Assembly (NCBI GenBank): GCA_021776925.1
Contig: JAJFFB010000042.1
Span: 1,961-65,960, forward strand
Direction of reading: 5' to 3'
Origin: Planctomycetota bacterium
GTDB taxonomy: Bacteria > Planctomycetota > UBA1135
Length of the DNA stretch: 64,000 nucleotides
Program-made: the position numbers and the translations under genes
Part shown: piece by piece, positions 45,724-54,895 of the stretch
Layout of the letters: every line of letters begins with the position of its first letter
Numbering within the stretch: position 1 is the first letter of the stretch
The notes under the pieces: model-generated
Told to the model about the DNA's origin: nothing
Databases searched by the model: none
The model's input: only the letters and a program-made list of their open reading frames with translations

Positions 45724-48182
45724 TTGCCGCGGCTGCGCCGGCGCTGGCGCGGCCCCTGCACTTCGATCTCGGTGAAGCCGACCGCCGCGGCGCCGAGCTG
45801 GCCGCCCTCAACTTCGAGGATCTGCACGCGCAGCTTGCGCAGATTGCGCGCTTCCGGAAACCTGACCTCGGTCTTGCTGCGGTAGTGCGGGTCGACCTCG
45901 ACCTCGATCGGATCGTCGCGGTCGAGCCAGATGCGCAAGCGCTTGGCGCGCGGGTTGTTCTGCTGCTCGGCGGTGATCGTGCGCGCGTGTGAGAACAGCA
46001 GCTTGTCGGCCTTGACCGCACGGCGCAATTCGACCGAGATCTCGGGCGCCTGGTCGTTGGGCGCGCACACCCAGCGCGAGTAGTAACGGTTGTCGGCGAC
46101 CATCTGGGGGTTGCCGCCCGAACTCGCGGTCACGCTCGGCTGATTGCGCGGCACCAGATTGCGGCGTGCGTCGGTCGGATAGGAACTGATGTTGCTGGCG
46201 GTGGTCTCATCGATTTCGACCAGGGCGATGCCGGATCGCAGACGCGCGTTGCCGTCGCACAGAGCCACCGCGCGCATTTCCCAGGTACCGGTCTTCTCGA
46301 AGACGTAACGGCCGGAGTAGCGCACCGTCGAGGTGGGTTCTTCCGGCGGCAAGCTGTTGTAGACCATGGTCCATTCGCCCTGCGGCTGCCGTGCCCAGTA
46401 TTCGACTTCGGTGATCTGGTGGGTCTCGAGTGCCGCCTGGTCGATCCGGTGCACCCAGAAACTTGCCGGCGAGCCGGTGATCACGTGCAGTTCCATCGGT
46501 CCGGCCTTGGGATCGGACTTGGTCAGGCGCTTTTTCTTGCGCCCGTGCGGATCGGTCACCGCGGCGCGCGTGGCGCGTTCCAGAAACAGCACCGCGAAGC
46601 AGGTCGCGGATTGCGAGCGGCCCCATGGGTCGGACCAGCCGCCTTCTTTGTCCTGGTTGTTCAAAATGACCTCGGCGCCTTCCCAGTACCACTCGTAGTG
46701 ACCGATCGACTCGATGTCGAGAACCGAACCCACACGTTCGACTCCGTAGAGGTAGTAGTACAGCCAGTTGCGGCCGACGCGCGGATTTCCAGAGACCGAC
46801 CAATACTGGGTCAGCCAGTTGAGTCCGTAGTCGATCTGCTTGTCGATCTTCGAGGCGAGGCGTGAATCCAGGCGGTCGCCCAGGCCCTTGCGGCAGATCA
46901 TCAAGGTGGCGATCCCAGCCACGGTCATCGATCCGGTGTCGCGTTTCGGGTTGACCGGCCGGTAGGAGAAACCGGCGATGTCGCGCCTGTTGCCGTATTT
47001 CTCGGTCAGCTTGACCTCGACCTTCTGTTGCTTCAATTGATGATCCAACACTCCATTGGCGAGGTTGACCCACACCTTTTGCGGAACTTCCAGTCCGCTC
47101 TCCGCGGCGGCGCGCAGGCCGAGGGCGGCGAATTGGGTGCACGATAGATCCGGATTGCCATGGGGATATCCCCAGGTGCCGGAACTGCGGCTCTGCCAGC
47201 TGATCAGATCACCGAGCAGCTCTTCCATCCACGGCAAGTACTCATCGTTATGCAGCGCTTCCAAGGCCATCATGTGGCAGCCGATCGAATAAGTGCGCGC
47301 GGTCGCGCTTTCGCCCAGGTAGGCCAGGCCTTCGAGGATCGCCGGATGACGCGGCGACACTCCGCTCTTGGCCAGAGTGTAGATCGCCAGCGCTGTGGTG
47401 CCATTGCGATAGCCGCCCTGATCCTGGCCCCAGGAACCATCGAGCAACTGGCGCTCGAGCAGCCACTTGACGCCACGATCGATGGCCGTGTTGATCTGAT
47501 CCTGGGTGACGTGCTCCCAGCGCTGCAGCTGGAAGCCCCAGGCGCCGCCGCCGTTGTTGACCTTGACCAATAGGTGGTTGTTGCCGGGTTTCAGGCTGAG
47601 GAAAACCGACTCGTCTTTGGGGTTGACGCCACGGCCGATGGTGCGGCTGAGCAGCATTTCGCCGTTGAGCCACAGGGCCACGCCGTCGTCGCTGCCGAAA
47701 GTCACCTTGAGCAGGGTCGCGGCGCTGGTGTGCACCTGACGGTAGAGATAGGCCACCGCCTGCTCGTTCCAGCCGGTGACCCTGGCCGGTGCGGTCAGCA
47801 CCTTGGCGAACTCGATCACGCCGACGTCGGCGGCGGTCGCCGGACCGGCCGGCGCGCCGATCGGCTTCCAGGCGAAACGCGCCTTGCCCTTGCCGGTGTA
47901 CTCGTCTTGCAGCGCAGGCCACTGCTTGCCGGGCTTCATCTTGCGCAGGCTCTTTTCCGGCTTGTGCTCGGGAGTGACGTCGGTGTGCCCCTTGGGATGA
48001 TCGAAAGGGCCAGCGGCATACCACGGCCCCCAGGTGACACCTGCGGAGGGGTCCTGGGCCGGAAGCCGAGCGGCCAGTACCGCGAAAAGGACCGCGGTAG
48101 CCAGGGTCAGCGGGGAATTGGGTGCAGCCAGAGCCAGACGGCGGCGCAGCGGCGGCCGTGGGGGGGGTGGAGGGCAGACCAT
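45720..48182 (-). CDS. Secreted multidomain protein: PA14-like domain, prenyltransferase/squalene-cyclase-like alpha-barrel, discoidin-like C-terminus
   Basis: GSDDGVALWLNG, QLLDGSWG, DLSCTQFAALGL, YYLYGVERVG, QDKEGGW. Start uncertain. Confidence 0.7.
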   Translation of the reverse strand: MVCPPPPPRPPLRRRLALAAPNSPLTLATAVLFAVLAARLPAQDPSAGVTWGPWYAAGPFDHPKGHTDVTPEHKPEKSLRKMKPGKQWPALQDEYTGKGKARFAWKPIGAPAGPATAADVGVIEFAKVLTAPARVTGWNEQAVAYLYRQVHTSAATLLKVTFGSDDGVALWLNGEMLLSRTIGRGVNPKDESVFLSLKPGNNHLLVKVNNGGGAWGFQLQRWEHVTQDQINTAIDRGVKWLLERQLLDGSWGQDQGGYRNGTTALAIYTLAKSGVSPRHPAILEGLAYLGESATARTYSIGCHMMALEALHNDEYLPWMEELLGDLISWQSRSSGTWGYPHGNPDLSCTQFAALGLRAAAESGLEVPQKVWVNLANGVLDHQLKQQKVEVKLTEKYGNRRDIAGFSYRPVNPKRDTGSMTVAGIATLMICRKGLGDRLDSRLASKIDKQIDYGLNWLTQYWSVSGNPRVGRNWLYYYLYGVERVGSVLDIESIGHYEWYWEGAEVILNNQDKEGGWSDPWGRSQSATCFAVLFLERATRAAVTDPHGRKKKRLTKSDPKAGPMELHVITGSPASFWVHRIDQAALETHQITEVEYWARQPQGEWTMVYNSLPPEEPTSTVRYSGRYVFEKTGTWEMRAVALCDGNARLRSGIALVEIDETTASNISSYPTDARRNLVPRNQPSVTASSGGNPQMVADNRYYSRWVCAPNDQAPEISVELRRAVKADKLLFSHARTITAEQQNNPRAKRLRIWLDRDDPIEVEVDPHYRSKTEVRFPEARNLRKLRVQILEVEGGQLGAAAVGFTEIEVQGPRQRRRSRGN

Positions 48183-48609
48183 CGGAACCGCTCTGCATTC
48201 TATGCAGGATTTTCTGACCTTGGAGCTTTCTCTCAAGACCGCGCCGAGTCGGTACGCAAAGGGTGTGACATGAGTCGTCCCTCCCGCTACCGCCTCACCG
48301 CGACCGCCGACCGGCGCCGCGGGGTCGCCGACCAGGCGGGTGCGGCGGTGCTAACGGGACGGGGGGAGAGCCGCTGGCTCGCCCATCCGTCCACTCGTAG
48401 TTGGTTCGACGAGTTGGATCAAGTCGCGGTGATGGACACCGAAACGGATCCCCTGGGTGGCTTTCAACGAAGCCCGCCTGGGAGGCTGAGGATGCGCCGG
48501 GGTCCCGGTCCATAGGGGGGATGGGCTGGATTCCGTTGAGTCCCGCTCGCCGGGGCTCGCTCCAAGCTAGGATCCACAGGGTCGGCAATACGCTGCCGGC
48601 CCTGTTTTC

Positions 48610-49125
48610 ATGCGTGGACTGCTGCTGCTCGTCGCCTTCGCCGGCCTGCTGATCTGGTGGGTGCTGCCTCCCTCACCTCCTGGACCAGCAGAATGGGTGC
48701 GTGATCTGACCGCCGACCTGATCGCGACCGCCGATGCGGACCTGGACAAGGACCAGGTATTCGCAGCGTGGGCGGCGCATTTGCGGCCGCTGGTTCCGCG
48801 CTATGCCCGCATGGAAACCGGCAACGTGCGCGTGCGCCGCGAAATGCAGCGCTTCTACGATCGCGTCATGCACGACCCCGAGGCGGTCCTGGCCGGCATT
48901 CAGGTGCGTCTGTTGAACCAAGAAGAGGTGCGCCGCGGCGACCGTTTCGAAGGCGCCGAGAAATTGCACCGAGTCGGGTTGCTGCTGCCGGCTGCGGGGC
49001 TGATGGGCGCGGAATATTGGAGTCTCGACCTGGGACTTTTCCAACGCCACTGGATGGTGCTGCGGGCGCCCGATAAAGGCAGCGCGCCGCCACCGGGATT
49101 CGGTGACGGCGCGACCGGAGGCTGA
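48610..49125 (+). CDS. Hypothetical membrane-anchored protein
   Basis: ATG start, N-terminal TM helix, coding-like composition; fills the gap between genes. Confidence 0.55.
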   Translation: MRGLLLLVAFAGLLIWWVLPPSPPGPAEWVRDLTADLIATADADLDKDQVFAAWAAHLRPLVPRYARMETGNVRVRREMQRFYDRVMHDPEAVLAGIQVRLLNQEEVRRGDRFEGAEKLHRVGLLLPAAGLMGAEYWSLDLGLFQRHWMVLRAPDKGSAPPPGFGDGATGG

Positions 49126-49191
49126 TCCGACCGCAGTCTGATGCGGGTGGGGAAGCCGCTCAGGATCAGCACCAGGGCGAAACGCCCGGTA

Positions 49192-50484
49192 TCAGACGAA
49201 ACGCGTGACGCCGGGGCGGGCCACCCCTGGATCGGGCAGTTCGTTGATCCAGGCGTAGGCCGGCGGAGTCAGATCGAGCTGCGACTGATAGGCCTGCTCC
49301 CAGGTCACGGTCTGGCCGGAGTAGGCCGACATGCGCGCCATCAGCGCGAGCATCGTCGACTTGATCATGTAGTCGCCGTTGTTGATCGGCGTGTCGTTGC
49401 GGATCGCCTCGAACAGCGCGTTGTGCTCGTTCTGGTACATGTCGTCGGGGCCGTCGCCGCGCCAGCGCCACTTGTTCTCGCCCTGGATGCGGTGGTGCTG
49501 CAGCGCGGCGGTTCCCTTGGTGCCGAAAGCGTAGTCCGACACGTCGTGGGAGGTGCCGTTCATCTGCCGGCAGCTGCTGAAACCGCGCACGCCGTTGGCC
49601 CATTCATAGACCGAGTTGAAGTGGTCGTAGACGGTGCCGTACTTAGGGTCAGTGCGCACGATGCGGCCGCCGCTGGCGGTGACCTTGGCGGGGGCTGCGT
49701 CGCCCATCGCCCACAGCATCTTGTCAAGGCTATGGATGTGCTGCTCGGCGATGTGGTCGCCCGACAGCCACGGGAAGTACAGCCAGTTGCGCATCTGGTA
49801 CTCCATCTCACTCCATTCCGGCTTGTGCCCGCGGTGCCATAGACCGCCGGTGTTGTAGGTGCACTGCAGCGCGGTGATCTCGCCGATGTCGCCGCTGTGA
49901 ATGCGCTCGAAGGTCGCCTTCTTGGCGAACTGGTAGCGGTAGCACAGGCCGGAAACCAGTGACAAGCGCTTTTCGGCGGCGCGCTTGCACGCCGCCTCGA
50001 TGCGGCGCAGGCCGGGGGCGTCGACCGCGACCGGTTTTTCGACGAAGAGGTGTTTGCCCTGTTCGACCGCGTATTCGACGTGCAGCGGACGGAAGTGTGG
50101 CGAGGTCGCGAGCAGCACCACGTCGACCTGGTCGATGACCTGGCGGTAGGCGTCAAAGCCGGTGAAGCGGCGCTCAGGTGATACGTCGATCTTGCCGGCG
50201 AGGTCACCGGCCTTTTCCAGATTGGCCAGGCTGTTCTCCAGCATGTCGGAGAAGGCATCGCCCATCGCCCACAGCTTGACGTCGGGGTCGGCGCGCAAGG
50301 CGTTGGCGGCGGCGCCGGTGCCGCGTCCGCCGCAGCCGATCAGGCCGATCCTGAGGGAGTCATTGGTGCCGCTGTGGGCCATTCTCGACCAGCCCGGCAG
50401 GGTGGTCGCCAGGGGCAGCGCGGCGCCCAGGCGCAGCATGCTGCGGCGGCTGGGATAGGGGGCGGAGGAATCGTTTGGGGACAT
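49192..50484 (-). CDS. Tat-exported Gfo/Idh/MocA oxidoreductase (paralog A)
   Basis: SRRSML Tat motif, IGCGGRG, EKPVAVD, GDHIAEQHIH. Confidence 0.92.
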   Translation of the reverse strand: MSPNDSSAPYPSRRSMLRLGAALPLATTLPGWSRMAHSGTNDSLRIGLIGCGGRGTGAAANALRADPDVKLWAMGDAFSDMLENSLANLEKAGDLAGKIDVSPERRFTGFDAYRQVIDQVDVVLLATSPHFRPLHVEYAVEQGKHLFVEKPVAVDAPGLRRIEAACKRAAEKRLSLVSGLCYRYQFAKKATFERIHSGDIGEITALQCTYNTGGLWHRGHKPEWSEMEYQMRNWLYFPWLSGDHIAEQHIHSLDKMLWAMGDAAPAKVTASGGRIVRTDPKYGTVYDHFNSVYEWANGVRGFSSCRQMNGTSHDVSDYAFGTKGTAALQHHRIQGENKWRWRGDGPDDMYQNEHNALFEAIRNDTPINNGDYMIKSTMLALMARMSAYSGQTVTWEQAYQSQLDLTPPAYAWINELPDPGVARPGVTRFV

Positions 50485-50538
50485 GGTTGTTGGAAGATTT
50501 CGACGCGGGACCTGCGGAGGACGGAAGCACCAAGCCTA

Positions 50539-51570
50539 TCACCGGTGCGGGAAATTCGGGCTGCGCCAACTCCACCGCGCTCCCTCGGCATCCAGGCCGC
50601 GCAGCAGGAAGGACGCGCCTTCAAAGGAGGGCAGAAGCTCGCGGACACCCGCACCGCCGAGCACGCAGGCGGCCGAAGCGAGCGCGTCGGCCTGCGTCGC
50701 ACTGGCCGCCACTACACTGGCGGCGACGCGCGTCTGCACCCCGAGACCGGTGGCTGGATCGAGGATGTGGGAGTAGTTGCGGCCGTCGATCTCAACGCGC
50801 TGGTAGAGATCGCCGGAGGTCGCCACCGCGCAACGCGCCAGGCGCAGCCGGAGGGCAGCGGAAGCGGTGGCCGGGAAGGGATCGGCGAGTTCCACCCACC
50901 AGCCGTCCTCGCCGGGCGGTGGGTCGCCGAGGGCGAGGTCGCCCCCGCCATCGACGAGCGCGCGCGGGCATCCGGCCAGGCGCAGCGCGAGCAGCGCCTG
51001 GTCCAGCGCGTAGCCCTTGGCGATTCCGCCCAGATCCAGGCGCGTACCGCGGTGTTCGAGACGCGCGCGCGGTGGGTCGCCGGTCAGGCTCAGGTGCTGC
51101 CAGCCGCAAGTGGCGAGCGCGGCCTGCAGGCGGTCGGCGCGCGGCAGACTTTCTTGGCGGCGTGACCGTCGCCACAAGCGCACGCAAGCGCCCAGGGTGG
51201 GATCAAAAGCGCCCGTGGTGGCCGCGGCCCAGTGCTTGGCGGCCTTGAGCACCGCCCATAGATCGGGAGAGACGGGGACGGCTGCCGCAGCGCCAGCGCG
51301 GTCGGAAAGCTGGTTCAACTCACTCGCGGGCAGATAGTCCGACAGCATCTGGTCGAGGGCGGCAATCTTCGCAAAGGCCTGTGCCGCAGCGGCGTCGGCC
51401 TGGCCAGCTGCGGCGGCGTAGCACACCACGCGGAAGGTGGTGCCCATGTGCGCCTGCTGAAATTCATAGCGTTGCAGAGTTGCACCCGCGCCAGCATCAG
51501 GCGCGCGCGGCGCGGCGAGGCCGCAGCCGCCGAGCGCCAAGAAAAGCACGGAACGGCGCGCCAGGGACAT
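50539..51570 (-). CDS. apbE: FAD:protein FMN transferase
   Basis: MGT, GAFDPT, DLGGIAKGYALD, GGD, ATSGD, YSHILDPATG, ADALA. Confidence 0.93.
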   Translation of the reverse strand: MSLARRSVLFLALGGCGLAAPRAPDAGAGATLQRYEFQQAHMGTTFRVVCYAAAAGQADAAAAQAFAKIAALDQMLSDYLPASELNQLSDRAGAAAAVPVSPDLWAVLKAAKHWAAATTGAFDPTLGACVRLWRRSRRQESLPRADRLQAALATCGWQHLSLTGDPPRARLEHRGTRLDLGGIAKGYALDQALLALRLAGCPRALVDGGGDLALGDPPPGEDGWWVELADPFPATASAALRLRLARCAVATSGDLYQRVEIDGRNYSHILDPATGLGVQTRVAASVVAASATQADALASAACVLGGAGVRELLPSFEGASFLLRGLDAEGARWSWRSPNFPHR

Positions 51571-51638
51571 GGATTGCTTGACTCGTCCGGTATCCTGCGT
51601 GACCGGCCGGGTGCGGATCTGTATACCCGGTCCCACGC

Positions 51639-52901
51639 ATGCGCGTCCACCCCGCTTCTCTTCGTCGTTCCGCCGCCGCCGCCATCCTGGCAGCGGCCGC
51701 CTGTGGTCTGGCCCAGCCCGCTCCTCTGGCCGCACAGGATCCGGAAGCGGCCGCCGCTGCGCCCGTTCCAAATGGAGATGCAACCGCAGTTCCGCCGGCG
51801 CAGGAGCCAGTCGCAGAACCACAAGAACCGGTGGCTCAGAGCGTCGCCGGGGTCTACCCAGACATGCCTCCGGGGCGGCCGCCACTCCTCGAGATCAAGG
51901 CTGCGGTGGCCCGCAAGGCCGAAGAAATGAAGCCCTACCAGGACCGCATCCTGGGCACCAAGGTCACCTTCGAGATGCTGCCGATCGCCGGCGGCGAATT
52001 CCTGCTCGGCAGCCCGCAGGCCGAAGACGACCGCGGCCCCGACGAAGGCCCGCAGGTGCAGGTGCGCATCGAGCCCTTCTGGATGGGCAAGTACGAGGTC
52101 ACCTGGCAGGAGTACCACGCCTTCCAGTTCAAACTTGATCAGCAGGCGCGCGACAAGGGGCAGGCCGAGGCGCTCCCGCAGGATGCCTGGGCCGACGCCG
52201 TTTCGCGCCCCACGCCGCCCTACGTGCCGATGGATTTCGGCATGGGTATCGAGGGCTGCCCGGCGGTGTGCATGACCCAGCTCGCCGCGATGAAATATTG
52301 CAAGTGGCTGTCGATGAAGACCGGCCGTTTCTATCGTCTGCCCACCGAGGCCGAATGGGAATACGCCTGCCGCGCCGGCACCACCACGGCCTACAGCTTC
52401 GGTGACGACCCCGCGGACCTCGACGATTACGCCTGGCACTTCGACAACGCCGACGACCAGTACCAGAAGGTCGGCCAGAAGAAGCCCAACCCTTGGGGCC
52501 TGTACGACATGCACGGCAACGTGTCCGAGTGGGTCATGGATGGCTACGACAAGGGTTGGTACAAGCGCCTGGTGCGGCGCACCGACGGCGGCAGCAAGGC
52601 CGTCCTCCAGACCTTGAACAGGGCGCAAAAGCTCTACCCTCGAGTGGTCCGCGGTGGCTCCTGGGACGACGATCCCGAGCGGTTGCGCTCGGCCGCGCGC
52701 CGCGCCTCGAAGAAGGGTTGGAAGATCCAGGACCCGCAACTGCCGAAGAGCATCTGGTACCTCACCGACGCCCCCTTCGTCGGCTTCCGCGTCGTCCGCC
52801 CGCAGGTCGAGCCCAGTCCTGAAGAGATGGCCCGTTACTGGGACACCGATCTTGAAGACGTGCTCGAAATCCAGATGAAGCAGCGCCAGGGCGGGCGCTG
52901 A
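51639..52901 (+). CDS. Secreted formylglycine-generating-enzyme-fold (SUMF1/EgtB/PvdO family) protein
   Basis: RLPTEAEWEYACRAG, PNPWGLYDMHGNVSEW, RGGSW, VGFRVVR; the FGE catalytic Cys pair is absent. Confidence 0.9.
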   Translation: MRVHPASLRRSAAAAILAAAACGLAQPAPLAAQDPEAAAAAPVPNGDATAVPPAQEPVAEPQEPVAQSVAGVYPDMPPGRPPLLEIKAAVARKAEEMKPYQDRILGTKVTFEMLPIAGGEFLLGSPQAEDDRGPDEGPQVQVRIEPFWMGKYEVTWQEYHAFQFKLDQQARDKGQAEALPQDAWADAVSRPTPPYVPMDFGMGIEGCPAVCMTQLAAMKYCKWLSMKTGRFYRLPTEAEWEYACRAGTTTAYSFGDDPADLDDYAWHFDNADDQYQKVGQKKPNPWGLYDMHGNVSEWVMDGYDKGWYKRLVRRTDGGSKAVLQTLNRAQKLYPRVVRGGSWDDDPERLRSAARRASKKGWKIQDPQLPKSIWYLTDAPFVGFRVVRPQVEPSPEEMARYWDTDLEDVLEIQMKQRQGGR

Positions 52902-52959
52902 GCTCCACGCCCCCGGTCTTTTTGAACCGCCCCACCCCCCCCTTGTTAACCTGAACGCC

Positions 52960-54267
52960 ATGTCGCGATTCCTCCCTGAACGCCGTCAATTCCTCCAACA
53001 GGGTTCGGCCGCCGCCCTCGGCGCCGGCATGATCCTGCCGCACGCTGCCTCCGCCCTCGGAGCACGGGACGGTCGCCTCGACACCCTGCGCATCGGTCTC
53101 ATCGGCTGCGGTGGGCGCGGCACCGGCGCCGCCAGCGAGGCGCTTTCCACCGCCGGCGAGGTGCGCCTGGTCGGCATGGCCGATGCCTTTTCCGACCGCC
53201 TCGAAGGTGCCCTGGGCCAGCTGGAAAAAGGCCACGGCGCCAAGGTCGACGTGCCCGAGAGCCGCCGCTTCGTCGGCTTCGACGCCTATCGGCAACTGCT
53301 CGCTCTCGACCTCGACGTGGTGGTGATCGCCACCCCGCCGGGCTTCCGCCCGATCCATTTCGAACACGCGATCGAGCGCGGCTGCCACGTCTTCATGGAG
53401 AAGCCGGTGGCGGTCGACGGCCCCGGCGTGCGCAAGGTGCTGGCCGCGGCCCAGCGCGCCAAGGAGAAGAACCTCAAGGTCGGCGTGGGGCTGCAGCGCC
53501 ACCATGACCGGCGCTACCAGGAGACCATCCAACGCCTGCAGGCCGGCGCGATCGGCGCCATCCGTCTGCTGCGCGTCTACTGGAACAGCAGCGGCGTGTG
53601 GGTGCGCCCGCGCCAGCCCGGCCAGACCGAGATGGAGTACCAGATGCGCAACTGGTATTACTTCAACTGGCTGTGCGGCGACCACATCACCGAGCAGCAC
53701 ATTCACAACCTCGACGTCGGCAACTGGGTCATGAACGGCTATCCGGCCCGGGCCCAGGGCCAGGGCGGGCGCCAGGTACGCACCGGCATCGACCACGGCG
53801 AGATCTACGACCACCACATGGTCGAGTACACCTACGCCGACGGCACCACGATGCTGTCACAGTGCCGCCACATCCGTGACACCTGGACCCAGGTCAACGA
53901 ATTCGCCAGCGGCGCCGATGGCCACTGCAACATTGGCAGCGGCCAGATTGAGCGCGGCGACGGCGAGAAGTGGCGCTTCCGCGAAGAGCGCGGCGACGCC
54001 TACCAGGTCGAGCACGACGTGCTATTTGCCGCCATCCGCAATGACCAGCCGCACAACGAAGCCGAAAACGGCGCCAAGAGCACGCTGACTTCGATCCTCG
54101 GCCGCATGGCGACCTACTCCGGCCAGGTGGTGACCTGGGAGCAGGCGCTCAACTCCGAGATCGCCCTGGTTCCAGCGCGTTATGCCTTCGATGCAGACCC
54201 GCCGACCCTGCCCGGAGCCGACGGCCGCTATGCCGTTCCGATGCCTGGCAGCACGCAACCCTTCTAG
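52960..54267 (+). CDS. Tat-exported Gfo/Idh/MocA oxidoreductase (paralog B)
   Basis: ERRQFL Tat motif, IGCGGRG, EKPVAVD, GDHITEQHIH. Confidence 0.92.
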   Translation: MSRFLPERRQFLQQGSAAALGAGMILPHAASALGARDGRLDTLRIGLIGCGGRGTGAASEALSTAGEVRLVGMADAFSDRLEGALGQLEKGHGAKVDVPESRRFVGFDAYRQLLALDLDVVVIATPPGFRPIHFEHAIERGCHVFMEKPVAVDGPGVRKVLAAAQRAKEKNLKVGVGLQRHHDRRYQETIQRLQAGAIGAIRLLRVYWNSSGVWVRPRQPGQTEMEYQMRNWYYFNWLCGDHITEQHIHNLDVGNWVMNGYPARAQGQGGRQVRTGIDHGEIYDHHMVEYTYADGTTMLSQCRHIRDTWTQVNEFASGADGHCNIGSGQIERGDGEKWRFREERGDAYQVEHDVLFAAIRNDQPHNEAENGAKSTLTSILGRMATYSGQVVTWEQALNSEIALVPARYAFDADPPTLPGADGRYAVPMPGSTQPF

Positions 54268-54325
54268 CCTGGCTCTTCCTTCCAGCCTCGCCCCATCTTC
54301 CAGCCCCGCCCCATCTACCAGCCCC
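54263..54325. repeat. 18-nt tandem repeat, about 3.5 copies, intergenic
   Basis: TCTAGCCTGGCTCTTCCT / TCCAGCCTCGCCCCATCT / TCCAGCCCCGCCCCATCT / ACCAGCCCC. Confidence 0.8.
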
Positions 54326-54339
54326 AAGCGTCCTCGACG

Positions 54340-54813
54340 ATGAGCCACAAGATCCTGTTCGTGACCCTGTCCACCCTGCTGCTCGCGGCCCTCGCCGGGC
54401 CGCTGCTGCCCGGCACTTCGACTTCGCTCCTTGCCCAGGAGCCGGAGCACGTTGAAGAAGAAACGCCGCTGCAGCAGAACATGTCGGTGATCAACAAAGG
54501 CATGCGCAAGCTGCGCCGCGGCCTGCGCAAGGCCGAGAGCCTGCCCGCAGCCCTGCCGGTAATCCTTGAAATGCAGGCCGCGGCGCACTTCTGCAAGACT
54601 GAAACCCCGCCGCTGGCGGCACGCCTGGAGGGCGACGAAAAAGCCTCCTTCATCCAGGGATACCGCCTGCAGGTCATCGGACTTCAGCGTCTGATGCTCG
54701 ACTTGGAGAGCGCGGTGGTCGAGGGCAACATGGAACAAGCGCAGGCGGTCTATCAGCAGATGAAGGCCACCGAAGACGAGGGCCACGAGATCTACACCGA
54801 AGACGAGGAATAG
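54340..54813 (+). CDS. Secreted cytochrome b562-like four-helix protein
   Basis: Signal peptide; all-helical; LQQNM near the N-terminus and EGHEIY near the C-terminus match the Met/His ligand positions of b562. Confidence 0.65.
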   Translation: MSHKILFVTLSTLLLAALAGPLLPGTSTSLLAQEPEHVEEETPLQQNMSVINKGMRKLRRGLRKAESLPAALPVILEMQAAAHFCKTETPPLAARLEGDEKASFIQGYRLQVIGLQRLMLDLESAVVEGNMEQAQAVYQQMKATEDEGHEIYTEDEE

Positions 54814-54895
54814 CTCGGTCCGGCCCACTGCTCTGCGCACGCCCTTTCTTTCCCTGAGCCTGGTTGCGGCCCGGCAGGCGCTGGCCGACCGCGGT

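Noticed and set aside
45720-48182. Squalene-hopene cyclase call
   Set aside because: Only a single alpha-barrel with QxxxGxW repeats, no DXDD motif seen, plus a signal peptide and carbohydrate-binding-like domains; kept as a generic prenyltransferase-like repeat protein.
48270-48515. Possible small gene MSRPSRYRLTA... in the 48.2-48.6 kb gap
   Set aside because: No recognisable motif or RBS, and composition is unlike neighbouring genes; cannot be supported. No tRNA or ncRNA structure was recognised here either.
51639-52901. True formylglycine-generating enzyme (sulfatase maturation)
   Set aside because: The catalytic Cys pair after RGGS is absent (RGGSWDDDPERLRS) and no sulfatase gene is nearby.
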